NCBI GenBank assembly: GCA_964496765.1
Contig: CAZCAP010000008.1
Location: forward strand, 1,646 to 33,645
DNA: 32,000 bases
Reading direction: 5' to 3'
DNA from: an uncultured archaeon
GTDB taxonomy: Archaea > Iainarchaeota > Iainarchaeia > Iainarchaeales > CSSED10-239
Shown: positions 18,419-28,178 of the stretch, piece after piece
Numbering within the stretch: position 1 is the first letter of the stretch
Layout: every line of letters begins with the position of its first letter
Made by a program: the position numbers and the translations under genes
Notes under the pieces: model-generated
Databases searched by the model: none
What the model was told of the DNA's origin: nothing
Seen by the model: only the letters and a program-made list of their open reading frames with translations

Positions 18419-18919
18419 TCACTCCAGACAATTATCATAATCTTGACACAATGATGCTTCCTGATAGGGGAAGACAATTGTTAGTTTGTTTTTGATTTTG
18501 TTAACTGAATACTTTGGAACAAACTTGCCCTCAGATTTATAGAAGATACAAGCAAGATCAATTGTTTTTATTGTTTTTTTAATTAATTTTATTTTTTTTG
18601 CAACTTCTTCTCCTCTGTTTTCTTCAAAAACATCATCAACCAGAAGAACATCTCCTTTTAGATCAAAGAGACAAGTAATTGCTTTATCAATAACATACTT
18701 ATTGTTTATTAGTTTTGCAGAAATTACTCCAAGAGGAACATCTAATATGCCTGATAGAATTCTTCCAAGCAATAGTCCACCACGAGAGATACAAATAACA
18801 GCACAGTATTTCTTATTTGAACTAATTACTTTTTTTCCAAGCTCAAGACTTAGAGATTCAAACTCATTCCAAGATGTATAATACATATGCCCTATAACCT
18901 CTATATATAATATGGACAA
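18419..18919 (-). CDS. Phosphoribosyltransferase family protein
   Basis: PRTase signature GDVLLVDDVFEENRGEEVAKKI and CISRGGLLLGRILSG. Likely start at MYYTSWNEF, internal to the listed ORF. Confidence 0.88.
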   Translation of the reverse strand: MSILYIEVIGHMYYTSWNEFESLSLELGKKVISSNKKYCAVICISRGGLLLGRILSGILDVPLGVISAKLINNKYVIDKAITCLFDLKGDVLLVDDVFEENRGEEVAKKIKLIKKTIKTIDLACIFYKSEGKFVPKYSVNKIKNKLTIVFPYQEASLCQDYDNCLE

Positions 18920-19041
18920 AAGTTATAAAAAGAGTGATATAAACCTCTAATCTTTAAACTTTAAAAAGTTAGTTTTAAAAATGCAACTTACTTTTATATA
19001 TCTACAAAGTTATAATTAAAATCTCAAGGAGAAGATGAGTT

Positions 19042-19626
19042 ATGCCAAAACCATTAAAAATTGCTATAAAGAAATTATTTGGAAAATCATTAACCTTTAG
19101 AGAAAAATGTGAAGGACTTGGAATTGAGAGGAATGGATACCTAAAAAAAATCACTCTCAATAAAAAAGACAAAACTAATAAGCATGATTTTCAATTAACA
19201 TTATTAGAAAAAAGAAAGTTCATGGTTAGAAGAGGACTTCAGAAAGCAGAAAAAAAATTAAAATTAGCAACTGAAATAATAAATAAACTAGAAAGTAAAG
19301 TTAGGAATCTGGGTTCAGCAATCTCTATTAAAGGAGATATAGATGTATTCGCACTCCGTCAAGTAGCAAAATACACTCCAACTCATTGGGAATACAGGAA
19401 AGTAGCAGTTGATGCAAGAAATTATGCAAAAATTAATTTCATAGAGGTTTACCAAGAATATATTAAAAAACACAAAAAGAAACTGGATGATATTAGTAAA
19501 ACTGATGTGCTAAATATATTACGTGAAGCTGGCAAAAAAAGAGAAAAAGTGCTTATTTATGGAGACAGAGTAATCGTTAATCTTCTAGGGCAAAAAAGTA
19601 CAAAAAGAAAAATAGCTGGATTATAG
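19042..19626 (+). CDS. Conserved-looking basic hypothetical protein
   Basis: 194-aa ORF with purine-rich leader (caaggagaag) upstream; no family recognised. Confidence 0.7.
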   Translation: MPKPLKIAIKKLFGKSLTFREKCEGLGIERNGYLKKITLNKKDKTNKHDFQLTLLEKRKFMVRRGLQKAEKKLKLATEIINKLESKVRNLGSAISIKGDIDVFALRQVAKYTPTHWEYRKVAVDARNYAKINFIEVYQEYIKKHKKKLDDISKTDVLNILREAGKKREKVLIYGDRVIVNLLGQKSTKRKIAGL

Positions 19627-21159
19627 GAAAGATTCAATATCTTTCTTTTCTTCTTCTTTTTTAGTCTCATAGCTCCTTGCTAAACCAGTTAATGTAACAT
19701 CAAGAATTGAATCCTGGGATCTCTTCTTTCGTACTTTAAAGAAAACAGGATAGTTGCTTGCTTCTCCAACAACTAGTGCTTCACCAACTCTAAGGGAAGT
19801 TATCATTTCTATTGATTTTGAATCAAGACCCTCACTTGATTCTCCAATATGCTTAAGATCGTAAGGGTTTGTAACTCTTAGAATTATATGTGTATTTGCT
19901 TGAGAAAGAACAGTTGTTGAAAGCCTAACTGGTCTTTGAGAAATTAAACATAGACAAGCACCAAACTTTCTACCCTCTCTTGCTATTGTTTCAAGTATAT
20001 TTTTTGCTAATGCTCTATCCTTTTGTGCCATCTCTGGAGCAAACTGATGGGCTTCCTCAACAATCAGAAGGAAGGGAGGAACTCTCTCCTTATTTACTCT
20101 TCCATGGAAGAGCTTGTGAGCAAAATAATAGAGAATTAATTGTTTCTTTTTTTGATTAATCTCGTTTGATAAATCTAAAATTGTTAGCTTACCTGGATGA
20201 ATCACATCATAGACGCTTGGAGAATCAACCTTTCCAAATAAACGAAGTTCAGATAACTCATACAATGCATTGATTAGTGGTTTTGAAATTGTATCCTTAA
20301 TTTCTGATGATTCAATCTCTCTAATTATGTCTTTTAAATCAAAAGGACCAGCACCGTGTTTTTTGTCTTCATTTAATTTCTTTATTGCAATTGAAAGTTC
20401 TCTTTTTTGAGCAGCAGAAAGAATTGTTAAAAGATTGGAAAGGAAATGATCTGATAAACCAGTAACACCAATTTTAATATCATTTGATTTTATTTTAATG
20501 GTCTTTGTTGAATAGTCTTTCTTTTCTTTATCTTTTGTTGGTTCAGAGAAATTAGAATATTCTCCATGAGTATCAACAAGCACTACTGCTATTCTTCCTT
20601 TGTCTTCTGCTCTATCAAGAAGCTCCTCAAGGATTACACTTGTTAAATAACTTTTACCTGCACCTGATTGAGCAAGGATAGCTAAATGCTTTTGAAGAAG
20701 GCGATCAAGATCAAAGGTAACCTGAAGAGATGGATTTTCTATTTCTCCTAGATTAAGTCCATCCTCTTTGAAATGAAGAAACTTTGAAAGAACATCCTTG
20801 TCGCAAACCTCAACCTTATCTCCTGGAGAAACAGGAAGAGTTGATCTTGCAAATCTATTTTCTATTGTTAGGACACCAAGAGGTTTAATAATACCCTCTA
20901 GAAATTCCCATTCATTTGCTGGGAATTGTTCAAAAATATTTATGTTATTTAGTTCAAATTCTTTTATTGATTCATTGTTTTCAAAATATCTATTTCTTTT
21001 AAGAACATCAACAACTAATCCAATTAACTTACCTTGAGAATAATTTATTTGAACGTATTGTCCCTTATGAACTAGTTTATTTATGCAAACAAAACTTATC
21101 TTAGAAGTGGATGGAGAATCATCTGTTGATATCACAATTCCAAATTCATTTTCTTGCAT
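19621..21159 (-). CDS. herA: HerA DNA helicase/ATPase
   Basis: Walker A LAQSGAGKSYLTSVI, Walker B PPFLLIVEEAHQFAPE, arginine/sensor region CLISQRPVRLSTTVLSQANTHIILRVTNPYDL. Confidence 0.94.
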   Translation of the reverse strand: MQENEFGIVISTDDSPSTSKISFVCINKLVHKGQYVQINYSQGKLIGLVVDVLKRNRYFENNESIKEFELNNINIFEQFPANEWEFLEGIIKPLGVLTIENRFARSTLPVSPGDKVEVCDKDVLSKFLHFKEDGLNLGEIENPSLQVTFDLDRLLQKHLAILAQSGAGKSYLTSVILEELLDRAEDKGRIAVVLVDTHGEYSNFSEPTKDKEKKDYSTKTIKIKSNDIKIGVTGLSDHFLSNLLTILSAAQKRELSIAIKKLNEDKKHGAGPFDLKDIIREIESSEIKDTISKPLINALYELSELRLFGKVDSPSVYDVIHPGKLTILDLSNEINQKKKQLILYYFAHKLFHGRVNKERVPPFLLIVEEAHQFAPEMAQKDRALAKNILETIAREGRKFGACLCLISQRPVRLSTTVLSQANTHIILRVTNPYDLKHIGESSEGLDSKSIEMITSLRVGEALVVGEASNYPVFFKVRKKRSQDSILDVTLTGLARSYETKKEEEKKDIESFL

Positions 21160-21176
21160 AATTAATTACCTATTTA

Positions 21177-21938
21177 TTATATATGTGCTAATTGTTTTTT
21201 AACCATTTGATTAAACCTAAGCTTTTGTTTTTTTAATTTTTGTTGAACCTTTCGTTTTTCTGTTTTTGGTAGGATTGCTTTTTCAAAACCAACTGCATTC
21301 TGAATATTTAATTTGCTTTTATAATCTATGGTTCTTCTTTTAATTGTGTGAATCTTTGAATGGATACCAAATGATGCTAGCCTATTTTGTATTGCTGTTG
21401 CCCAGGTGGACACACAAAGTTTTCTGTATTCCCCAAAAGCAAGAATGCGAACGTCCTTGCTTAACTTATTAATAAATGTTTTTGTCATAAACTTTGGAGT
21501 ACCAATGACATCAGGATTTCCATTGGCGTGTGGGTTATAATTACTATAGACCACCCTGTTTTTTAAATTTCTATTAGTGAACTCTGTGAATTTTGAAAGA
21601 ATTTGTTTTTGTAATTTCAGAGTTTTATAAAATTCTTTTTTTAGTTCAGAATATTTTTCAAAACTCATCTTGTGTTCATATCTATCATAGACCCCAATTT
21701 GGGGAGTGAAAATAATTAGAAGTGATGCTTCTTCTTTTGAAATTTTATTTATTTGATCTCCATATATTCCAATAATTTTTTTAAATTCATTTGTTGTGGG
21801 CTTGTGCTTTGAATTTAGTTTTTCAATAATTGGATTATCAATTAGATTATCTGTGACCTGCTTATAAAAACCTTGCATAAGAAAAAGATCATATAATGGG
21901 TGAACTAACAAATATATTTTATTATATTTTTCAACCAT
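21177..21938 (-). CDS. Hypothetical protein
   Basis: 253-aa ORF in a co-directional run; no family recognised. Confidence 0.65.
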   Translation of the reverse strand: MVEKYNKIYLLVHPLYDLFLMQGFYKQVTDNLIDNPIIEKLNSKHKPTTNEFKKIIGIYGDQINKISKEEASLLIIFTPQIGVYDRYEHKMSFEKYSELKKEFYKTLKLQKQILSKFTEFTNRNLKNRVVYSNYNPHANGNPDVIGTPKFMTKTFINKLSKDVRILAFGEYRKLCVSTWATAIQNRLASFGIHSKIHTIKRRTIDYKSKLNIQNAVGFEKAILPKTEKRKVQQKLKKQKLRFNQMVKKQLAHI

Positions 21939-21956
21939 GTTCTGCTACTCCTAATC

Positions 21957-22766
21957 CTATCTTATATAATTATTTCTCGCAGGTGAATCACTCTTAGGTG
22001 GATTGTTCATTTTTTCAATATCTTTTGAAATTTTTGAAAATGATTCTTCTATTTTTTTTGCACTATCGAGTATGGACTTAAGATCTAGCTTAAGCTCAGA
22101 AAATAATTTAAGAGTTATCTCAAGTATTTCTTTTGCTGATGCTGGATCCCCATAGGTAAGCTTGCTATCGGTTTCACCCATTAAACAAACACCAGATATT
22201 TTATAGTTTTTATAGGCAATTCCTGGGAGAAGTCCTGCTACTCCAGAAATTAGAGTATCCTTATTGTTTTTATCAAAATAAATATTAGTTAACTTCTTTT
22301 TTTCTAAGTCTGTTCTTGTTTTTTCATCAGAGGTGACACAGGCAACTCTTGGTTTTGTTTTCATTCTCTGGTCCCCAATATTTAATCCTGCAAAAGTATA
22401 TATTTCTTTTATTCCTGATTTTTTTGCAAAAGCAGCTATACTCTCAGAAAACTCATAGTGATCTTGAGAGTTTGGAACATTACCTAGTGCTGGTTGAACA
22501 GGTCCAACAAGGAAAAGATAATCTCTTTTTTTGCTTGAATAAACGTATAATTCATCGTGAATAATTTCAAGAACAGAATTCTTTGCATGAACAGCAGGAG
22601 GAAATGAATCTGAATAAACTTTAGCCAGGAGAATTGGTTTTGGTTTAAGCTCACTAACTAAATAATCAACAGCAATTTTGCCCACAAGGCCAATGCCAGG
22701 AAGGCCAGCTATAAGAACTGGGTTTTTTAATTTTTTTTTCAAGATTATATCTATGGTTGTACTCAT
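21957..22766 (-). CDS. PAC2 family protein (proteasome assembly chaperone-like)
   Basis: LKNPVLIAGLPGIGLVGKIAVDYLV, YTFAGLNIGDQ, ISGVAGLLPGIAY, CLMGET; start chosen at MSTTID. Confidence 0.92.
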   Translation of the reverse strand: MSTTIDIILKKKLKNPVLIAGLPGIGLVGKIAVDYLVSELKPKPILLAKVYSDSFPPAVHAKNSVLEIIHDELYVYSSKKRDYLFLVGPVQPALGNVPNSQDHYEFSESIAAFAKKSGIKEIYTFAGLNIGDQRMKTKPRVACVTSDEKTRTDLEKKKLTNIYFDKNNKDTLISGVAGLLPGIAYKNYKISGVCLMGETDSKLTYGDPASAKEILEITLKLFSELKLDLKSILDSAKKIEESFSKISKDIEKMNNPPKSDSPARNNYIR

Positions 22767-22789
22767 TTGAATCAATTCCTCTAGTTAAT

Positions 22790-23551
22790 TTAATCAGTAT
22801 TATTTTTAATAATTTCTACACTTTCTCCTTTCAAGAATTTAGTTATGTCCTTTGAAATTAGGTCAAAGTCTTTTGATGCGATCTTATAATCTTTTGCAAT
22901 CACAATTATGGAATAACGCCCTGGTCCAACGTAGTTGAACTTTGAGTTAGGGTAATCCTTTTGTAATTTAAGTAGTGCTTTTCTAATTATTTCAATTCCA
23001 TTTGGTTCACTTGATGATACCTTTATTGTTCCGGTTATTATCTTGTCTTTAACAGTTATGTTTTTCGATAATAAATTGAACAATGTTTGTCTATATTTTT
23101 CTTCAATACCTGGATAGTAATCTTTACCATATTTTAATAAATTAATAAAACCTTTATAGAGACTAGATTCTTTCTCTAGAATTGGGTCCCCTATCTTTTG
23201 CCAAACATCTTCAGAAGTTAATTCTAGTTCCTTTGCAATTACTTCCATTAGGCTTTGAGCTCTTAAAAACAATCTATAGTCAGATATTTTTCTTTTTTCA
23301 TCAGCAGATGTCACTCTACTAAAAGAAAGATCAACGTGCTTTTTTTCTTCATCAACCTTTAGAACCTTTGCAGCTCTAATCTGTCCAACCTTAACATGAT
23401 TATGAATGTTTTTAATCCAGGTTGATGAGACTTGAGATATGTGAATAAATCCTTCAATATCATCAAATTCTAAAATATTTGCAAAAACTCCAAAATCAGT
23501 TATTTTTGTAATCTTACACACAACTACATCATTTAATTTAGGGTATTCCAT
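22790..23551 (-). CDS. eif2a: Translation initiation factor 2 subunit alpha
   Basis: S1 domain VVCKITKITDFGVFANILEFDDIEGFIHISQVSSTWIKNIHNHVKVGQIRAAKVLKVDEEKKHVDLSFSRV. Confidence 0.95.
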   Translation of the reverse strand: MEYPKLNDVVVCKITKITDFGVFANILEFDDIEGFIHISQVSSTWIKNIHNHVKVGQIRAAKVLKVDEEKKHVDLSFSRVTSADEKRKISDYRLFLRAQSLMEVIAKELELTSEDVWQKIGDPILEKESSLYKGFINLLKYGKDYYPGIEEKYRQTLFNLLSKNITVKDKIITGTIKVSSSEPNGIEIIRKALLKLQKDYPNSKFNYVGPGRYSIIVIAKDYKIASKDFDLISKDITKFLKGESVEIIKNNTD

Positions 23552-23719
23552 TTTTTTTTCAACTCATTTATATTCAATTATTATAAAAAGAAAATTCTTT
23601 TGTATTATATATAATATATACAAACTGTTTTTAATGTATATCTTTCCTAGAAATATATGGTTATTTGATTAAATAAAGAGCAAGCTTGTTTAAATAACAG
23701 GAATAAAGTAGAGACGAGT

Positions 23720-24286
23720 TTAATCTACTTTCTCAATTATTTCCTTTGTTTCTAGGATTTTAAAAATATCCTCAGGGATTTCCACTAGCTGATTGATTTC
23801 AAAAGGCCCATATTCCTTCATATCCCCACCAATGAATGCAGGAATGTCCTGTAGAAATTTTACCTTAACCTGTGTTGTTGTGTCTGTGTTCTGTGGCTTT
23901 TTTGAAACTCCAAAAATTGTGTTTGTTTGCTCGTTTTGCTTATCAATGAGCTTTAGAATTCCTTTTGCGAAATCAATCTCAAAATCCACTAATCCCTCAT
24001 CAGCAAAATCATTTGTTCTGCTGTACATTAAACAACTATTCATTATTTTTTTAATTCTTATTTCTCTTATTTTCTCAGTTATTCTTTTTAGGTTTTCAAA
24101 TCTTTTCAAAGTATTTGTAGAAAAAGAATCTTCAATGGATGAAATATATTTATGTCTCTCGTCTGTTAGGAATTTTTTTAATCCCTTATAAAAAGAGGAA
24201 TCTAATTTTGATAACCTGGGGGACTTGGTTTCAAGCCTATATATTTTTTGTAATTCATCATAGTCAACCTTGTAATTATCACTCAA
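23720..24286 (-). CDS. DNA replication complex GINS family protein (Gins51/Gins15-type)
   Basis: C-terminal B-domain KVKFLQDIPAFIGGDMKEYGPFEINQLVEIPEDIFKILETKEIIEKV; adjacent to and overlapping priS. Confidence 0.87.
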   Translation of the reverse strand: MSDNYKVDYDELQKIYRLETKSPRLSKLDSSFYKGLKKFLTDERHKYISSIEDSFSTNTLKRFENLKRITEKIREIRIKKIMNSCLMYSRTNDFADEGLVDFEIDFAKGILKLIDKQNEQTNTIFGVSKKPQNTDTTTQVKVKFLQDIPAFIGGDMKEYGPFEINQLVEIPEDIFKILETKEIIEKVD

Positions 24287-25544
24287 ATGTTCCCACCCCT
24301 TTTAATATAAAATAAATACAAATATGTTCTTCAAGCTCTTTTATTTCACCAATCTCATATGGTCCATAGGTTTTATTTAATAATTTAAATTTTGGAATTG
24401 GTTTTAAGATTTTAATTGTTTTTTTAATATCGGACTTAAAGACAATGGGATCTTTAAATGGATCAAATCCTTTAAGTTCTTCTTCATCTTTAATTGATTT
24501 CGCTAAAAAACCAGTTCCTCCATGAATTGTATCAGGCACTCTTACAATCTTGTAGATGTCCTGAGCAACCGAAGGATCTATCTTAAGTTTTATGTTTTCT
24601 ATTGCTTGATATAGAAAATTACTCCAAAATTTATCCTGTGAGGTAAAATCACTCCACAGTATACTATTATGATACATCTTATTTAAAATGACTTCCTTAT
24701 TTTCATATATAAGCTTTGCTTTTTGAGAAGTTATGTTTAATTTACTTTTAAGTTCCTTTTCATTTGAATCCCTAATAATTGTTATTAGATAATTAAGTAT
24801 TTTCTTCCCCCAGCCCTTTGCTTTATCAGGAGAAGGGATGGACCACTGCTTTTTATCAATTGTAAACCCTAGCTTTTCAAGATTAATATCATTACCAAGT
24901 ATATAATGCATCATAATTGCTCTTGATGCTTTTGATAGAGGAATTATCTTTGGATCTGTTATTCTCACATGATAACCCTTGGATCCTGAAAAAGAGATGA
25001 TAAAGTAATTAGGATCTAAGGAAAAATCTTCAACCAGCATATCAATTAGCTTTAATGTTTCCTCTTTTGCTTTACCTAGGCATTTTTCACATGTCCATTC
25101 AATAACCTCCACAGGGGAACCACATTCTGTGCACTTATCAAGGTGACCATAGCCTGTTTTGTTACAGACTTCGTTCTTACACACCCATGTATCATGTTCG
25201 TTTTTACAGGGGAGATCGAAATCATCAGCATCAAATTCATAGACTATGTCTGCTCCTGTCCATTCCTTAGCTTCCATTGGTCTTTTTTCTGGATATTTAA
25301 AATAACCAACAGAATAGGAGATGTGAAAAGGAACATTCGCTTTAAGATAGAAATTAAAATCAGTAATCGAATTGAAAAAAAGATGACGAGCGCTTATCTT
25401 CTTTCCAAAATCTCCAATTCCAAACTCTCTTGCTTCTGGACTAACTACAGAGGACACCCTATTATTAAGATAATAGTTTTTGAACTTGTTTCTAACATAA
25501 TTAACTGCATAGGAGTTAAAATAAGTTGAATCAGAGCTGGACAT
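24279..25544 (-). CDS. priS: DNA primase small (catalytic) subunit PriS
   Basis: Catalytic VYEFDADD, FIISFSGSKGYHVRI, Cys-rich zinc-binding insert. Confidence 0.94.
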   Translation of the reverse strand: MSSSDSTYFNSYAVNYVRNKFKNYYLNNRVSSVVSPEAREFGIGDFGKKISARHLFFNSITDFNFYLKANVPFHISYSVGYFKYPEKRPMEAKEWTGADIVYEFDADDFDLPCKNEHDTWVCKNEVCNKTGYGHLDKCTECGSPVEVIEWTCEKCLGKAKEETLKLIDMLVEDFSLDPNYFIISFSGSKGYHVRITDPKIIPLSKASRAIMMHYILGNDINLEKLGFTIDKKQWSIPSPDKAKGWGKKILNYLITIIRDSNEKELKSKLNITSQKAKLIYENKEVILNKMYHNSILWSDFTSQDKFWSNFLYQAIENIKLKIDPSVAQDIYKIVRVPDTIHGGTGFLAKSIKDEEELKGFDPFKDPIVFKSDIKKTIKILKPIPKFKLLNKTYGPYEIGEIKELEEHICIYFILKGVGTFE

Positions 25545-25582
25545 ACATAATATATAGAAAGAAAGAATTAAAAAGAAGAAGT

Positions 25583-27874
25583 TTATTGCTCTCTAATCTC
25601 TGAAATCCCATCATTTTCCTTATCTCTTTCTATTATGTATTTATGAGAATTTATGGTTTCAAGTAGCTTTGTGTCATGGGTTATGATTATTGTTTGAGAT
25701 ATATATTGTGGAATGTCCTCTTCAAGAACCAGGGATAGCATTTCAACTGCTTTTGTGTCTAGATTATGGGTTGGTTCATCAAGTATTAATAATCCAAGAT
25801 TCTTGGTTAGGATTAATGCGATTGCTATTCTTATGGATAGAGCTGCACAGGCTCTCTCTCCTCCGCTTAGGAATCCTTCAACCTTGATCCAGTCTTTTGT
25901 TTTTGTTTGGACCTCAAGAATATAATCATTATCTGATTTTAGTCTAGCAGATAAATAATCCTTGTATGGATAAACCTTTGGCCAGATAATTGAAAGAGCA
26001 TCATTTATGTTATCAATTAGAACTTTTCTTAATTGATGTTGACTTACTTCAATTGATTTAATAAAGTTTGAGATATCCTGCTTTTTAATTAAATAATTTT
26101 CTTTTTTAATTTCCTGTTCTTTTCTTTGGGCTTCAAGTTTTTGGAAATTTGTGATTTGTTTTTCTAGATTATCCAATAAAGAAGTACTTGAATTTATTCT
26201 CTCTGTTATTGATTTGATTGTGCTTTCTAGATTTATGAAACTAGAATTTATTTTTATATATTCATCTTCCTGATACCCAATTGATTTTTGCTTGATATCA
26301 AGAATAGAACTTTCCTTTAGAAGTTTGTCTTTTTCTTCTTTCTTTTCAATAATGGTTATAAAAAGAGAAATTTGGTTTAAGCTAGTTGTTATTTTTTGAA
26401 GAGATGAATCATCATCTTTAATTGCAGTTATTGATGTGGTTAATTTCAATATTTCTGATTGTATTTCCTCTTTTCTTTTATTATTCTGAGAAATGGTTGT
26501 TTCTAATTGTTTAATCTTGAGTTCATTTTCTTTTTGTTTGGTAATTAACTTATCCTGCTGGTCTTCTTCCTGCTTTAGCTTATCTATTTCTTTAGCTATT
26601 GATTCAAGATTTTGTTTTTGAGTAACCAACAGCCCTTCTTTATTAATCAATTTGTTTTGAATATCCTCTTCAGATAATTGAGAATCACATATGGGGCATT
26701 TTGAAAAACCTTTCTTAAGTTCCGCTATAGATTTATCTAGTTCGGAAATAGATGAAAGAATAACTATTTTATCTTGCTTTTGTTTAGAAAGATTATCCTC
26801 TAGATTTTTTTTATAAGTGAGAAGGTCGTGGAGAGGGGTTGGTGATTGCTTTTTAGTGTCCAAGAAATATAATTGTTTTTCTTTCAAATCCAAATCTAAA
26901 CGATTAAGTTCATGTTCATAGGAAGCTCGTTCACTTGTTAGTTTTATTTTTTTATTAATATCTTCTTTTACTCTTTCAAAATCTTTATTTAAATTCACTT
27001 TTTCTTTTTCAACACCCTCTAAAGTGTTTGTAGAATAATTCTCATCCAATTTATTTTTAGTTAGGTAATTATCAATATCTTCGAGTTTAGCTTTTTTAAA
27101 GATTAATTCTTTTACACAGGAATCATTATCTTGTTTTTTCTTTTTTTGAATTGCAAGTTCAGAAACTATATTACTCTCTTTATCTTTTTCAAGAATTAAT
27201 TCTTTTTTTAATTTATCCAATGTATCTATTACTTCCTTCTTTTGAGCGAACTTTGTTTCTAAATCAAATGAAAGTATTTGGGAATTAATTTGAGAAATTA
27301 ATTGGGTTATGGTATTTGTTTCATTATCAATTAACCTATCTAGAGCTCTCGCTCCATCTTTGATTGTATCAAGCTTTAGTATTCCAAATAAATCATCAAA
27401 CTTTTCTTTTCTCTTGCTTGGTTGAATTTTCAAAAAGTAATCTAGTTCATTTTGTTCAGAATAAACAATCTTAGTGAATAATTCATAATCAACCCCAAGC
27501 AACTCTTCAATCTTAGAGGTTACATCTGTTTGCTTAGGCCCTGCAATTAATTTATTTTCTAAATATAATTTAGCACTAGTTATTCCCTTATCTGTGATTT
27601 CTCTTTCTATCTTATATACTTTTGAATCCAGATTAATAACTAAATTTATTTTTGTGTTTTCTTTTTTAACTGGTTTGAACATTATTACATCTGTGGTTTT
27701 TAGTTTCTTGTTTGAAAGAGAAGGAAAGGTACCATAGAGAGCATAGCATATTCCATCTGTTATGCTGGACTTTCCAGAACCAACCTTACCAATAAGTAAA
27801 TTAGTACCATTTGAGAAATCAAGAGTTGAAGAAAGGTGTGTCTTAAAATTCTCAAGATAAATAGAAGTTATCAT
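25583..27874 (-). CDS. rad50: Rad50-like SMC-family ATPase
   Basis: Walker A IGKVGSGKSSI, zinc-hook CPICDSQL, ABC signature FLSGGERACAALSI, Walker B LGLLILDEPTHNLD. Confidence 0.93.
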   Translation of the reverse strand: MITSIYLENFKTHLSSTLDFSNGTNLLIGKVGSGKSSITDGICYALYGTFPSLSNKKLKTTDVIMFKPVKKENTKINLVINLDSKVYKIEREITDKGITSAKLYLENKLIAGPKQTDVTSKIEELLGVDYELFTKIVYSEQNELDYFLKIQPSKRKEKFDDLFGILKLDTIKDGARALDRLIDNETNTITQLISQINSQILSFDLETKFAQKKEVIDTLDKLKKELILEKDKESNIVSELAIQKKKKQDNDSCVKELIFKKAKLEDIDNYLTKNKLDENYSTNTLEGVEKEKVNLNKDFERVKEDINKKIKLTSERASYEHELNRLDLDLKEKQLYFLDTKKQSPTPLHDLLTYKKNLEDNLSKQKQDKIVILSSISELDKSIAELKKGFSKCPICDSQLSEEDIQNKLINKEGLLVTQKQNLESIAKEIDKLKQEEDQQDKLITKQKENELKIKQLETTISQNNKRKEEIQSEILKLTTSITAIKDDDSSLQKITTSLNQISLFITIIEKKEEKDKLLKESSILDIKQKSIGYQEDEYIKINSSFINLESTIKSITERINSSTSLLDNLEKQITNFQKLEAQRKEQEIKKENYLIKKQDISNFIKSIEVSQHQLRKVLIDNINDALSIIWPKVYPYKDYLSARLKSDNDYILEVQTKTKDWIKVEGFLSGGERACAALSIRIAIALILTKNLGLLILDEPTHNLDTKAVEMLSLVLEEDIPQYISQTIIITHDTKLLETINSHKYIIERDKENDGISEIREQ

Positions 27875-27979
27875 AGATATATACTAGGTGGATAGTTATA
27901 AAAAATAATTCTTTATTTTAGGTTATATTTTAGTTATAGGGGAATATATTTAAATTAAATGCCTCAGTAAATTAAATAT

Positions 27980-28177
27980 TTGATGGATATGAAACTAAAG
28001 GAACTAATATCTGATTCAAAAGCACAAATATCTGCTGAAATGATCATTCTTCTTGCTGCAATCATTGCAATTGTACTTGTTGTTGTTACTCAATTACAAA
28101 AAACAACTGATAAGGCAAATAAAAAAGTAGAAACCCAAGCAGACAAAGTTTTTGATAAGGTTGATGAAATTAATTAA
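27980..28177 (+). CDS. Class III signal peptide-containing pilin/archaellin-like protein
   Basis: SKAQISAEMIILLAAIIAIVLVVVTQLQ: positively charged N-terminus, cleavage-motif-like and hydrophobic segment. Confidence 0.82.
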   Translation: MMDMKLKELISDSKAQISAEMIILLAAIIAIVLVVVTQLQKTTDKANKKVETQADKVFDKVDEIN

Positions 28178-28178
28178 A

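Noticed and set aside
24279-25544. Antisense ORFs over the primase and other genes (e.g. 25143-25529)
   Set aside because: Overlap clear coding sequence on the opposite strand; no independent motifs
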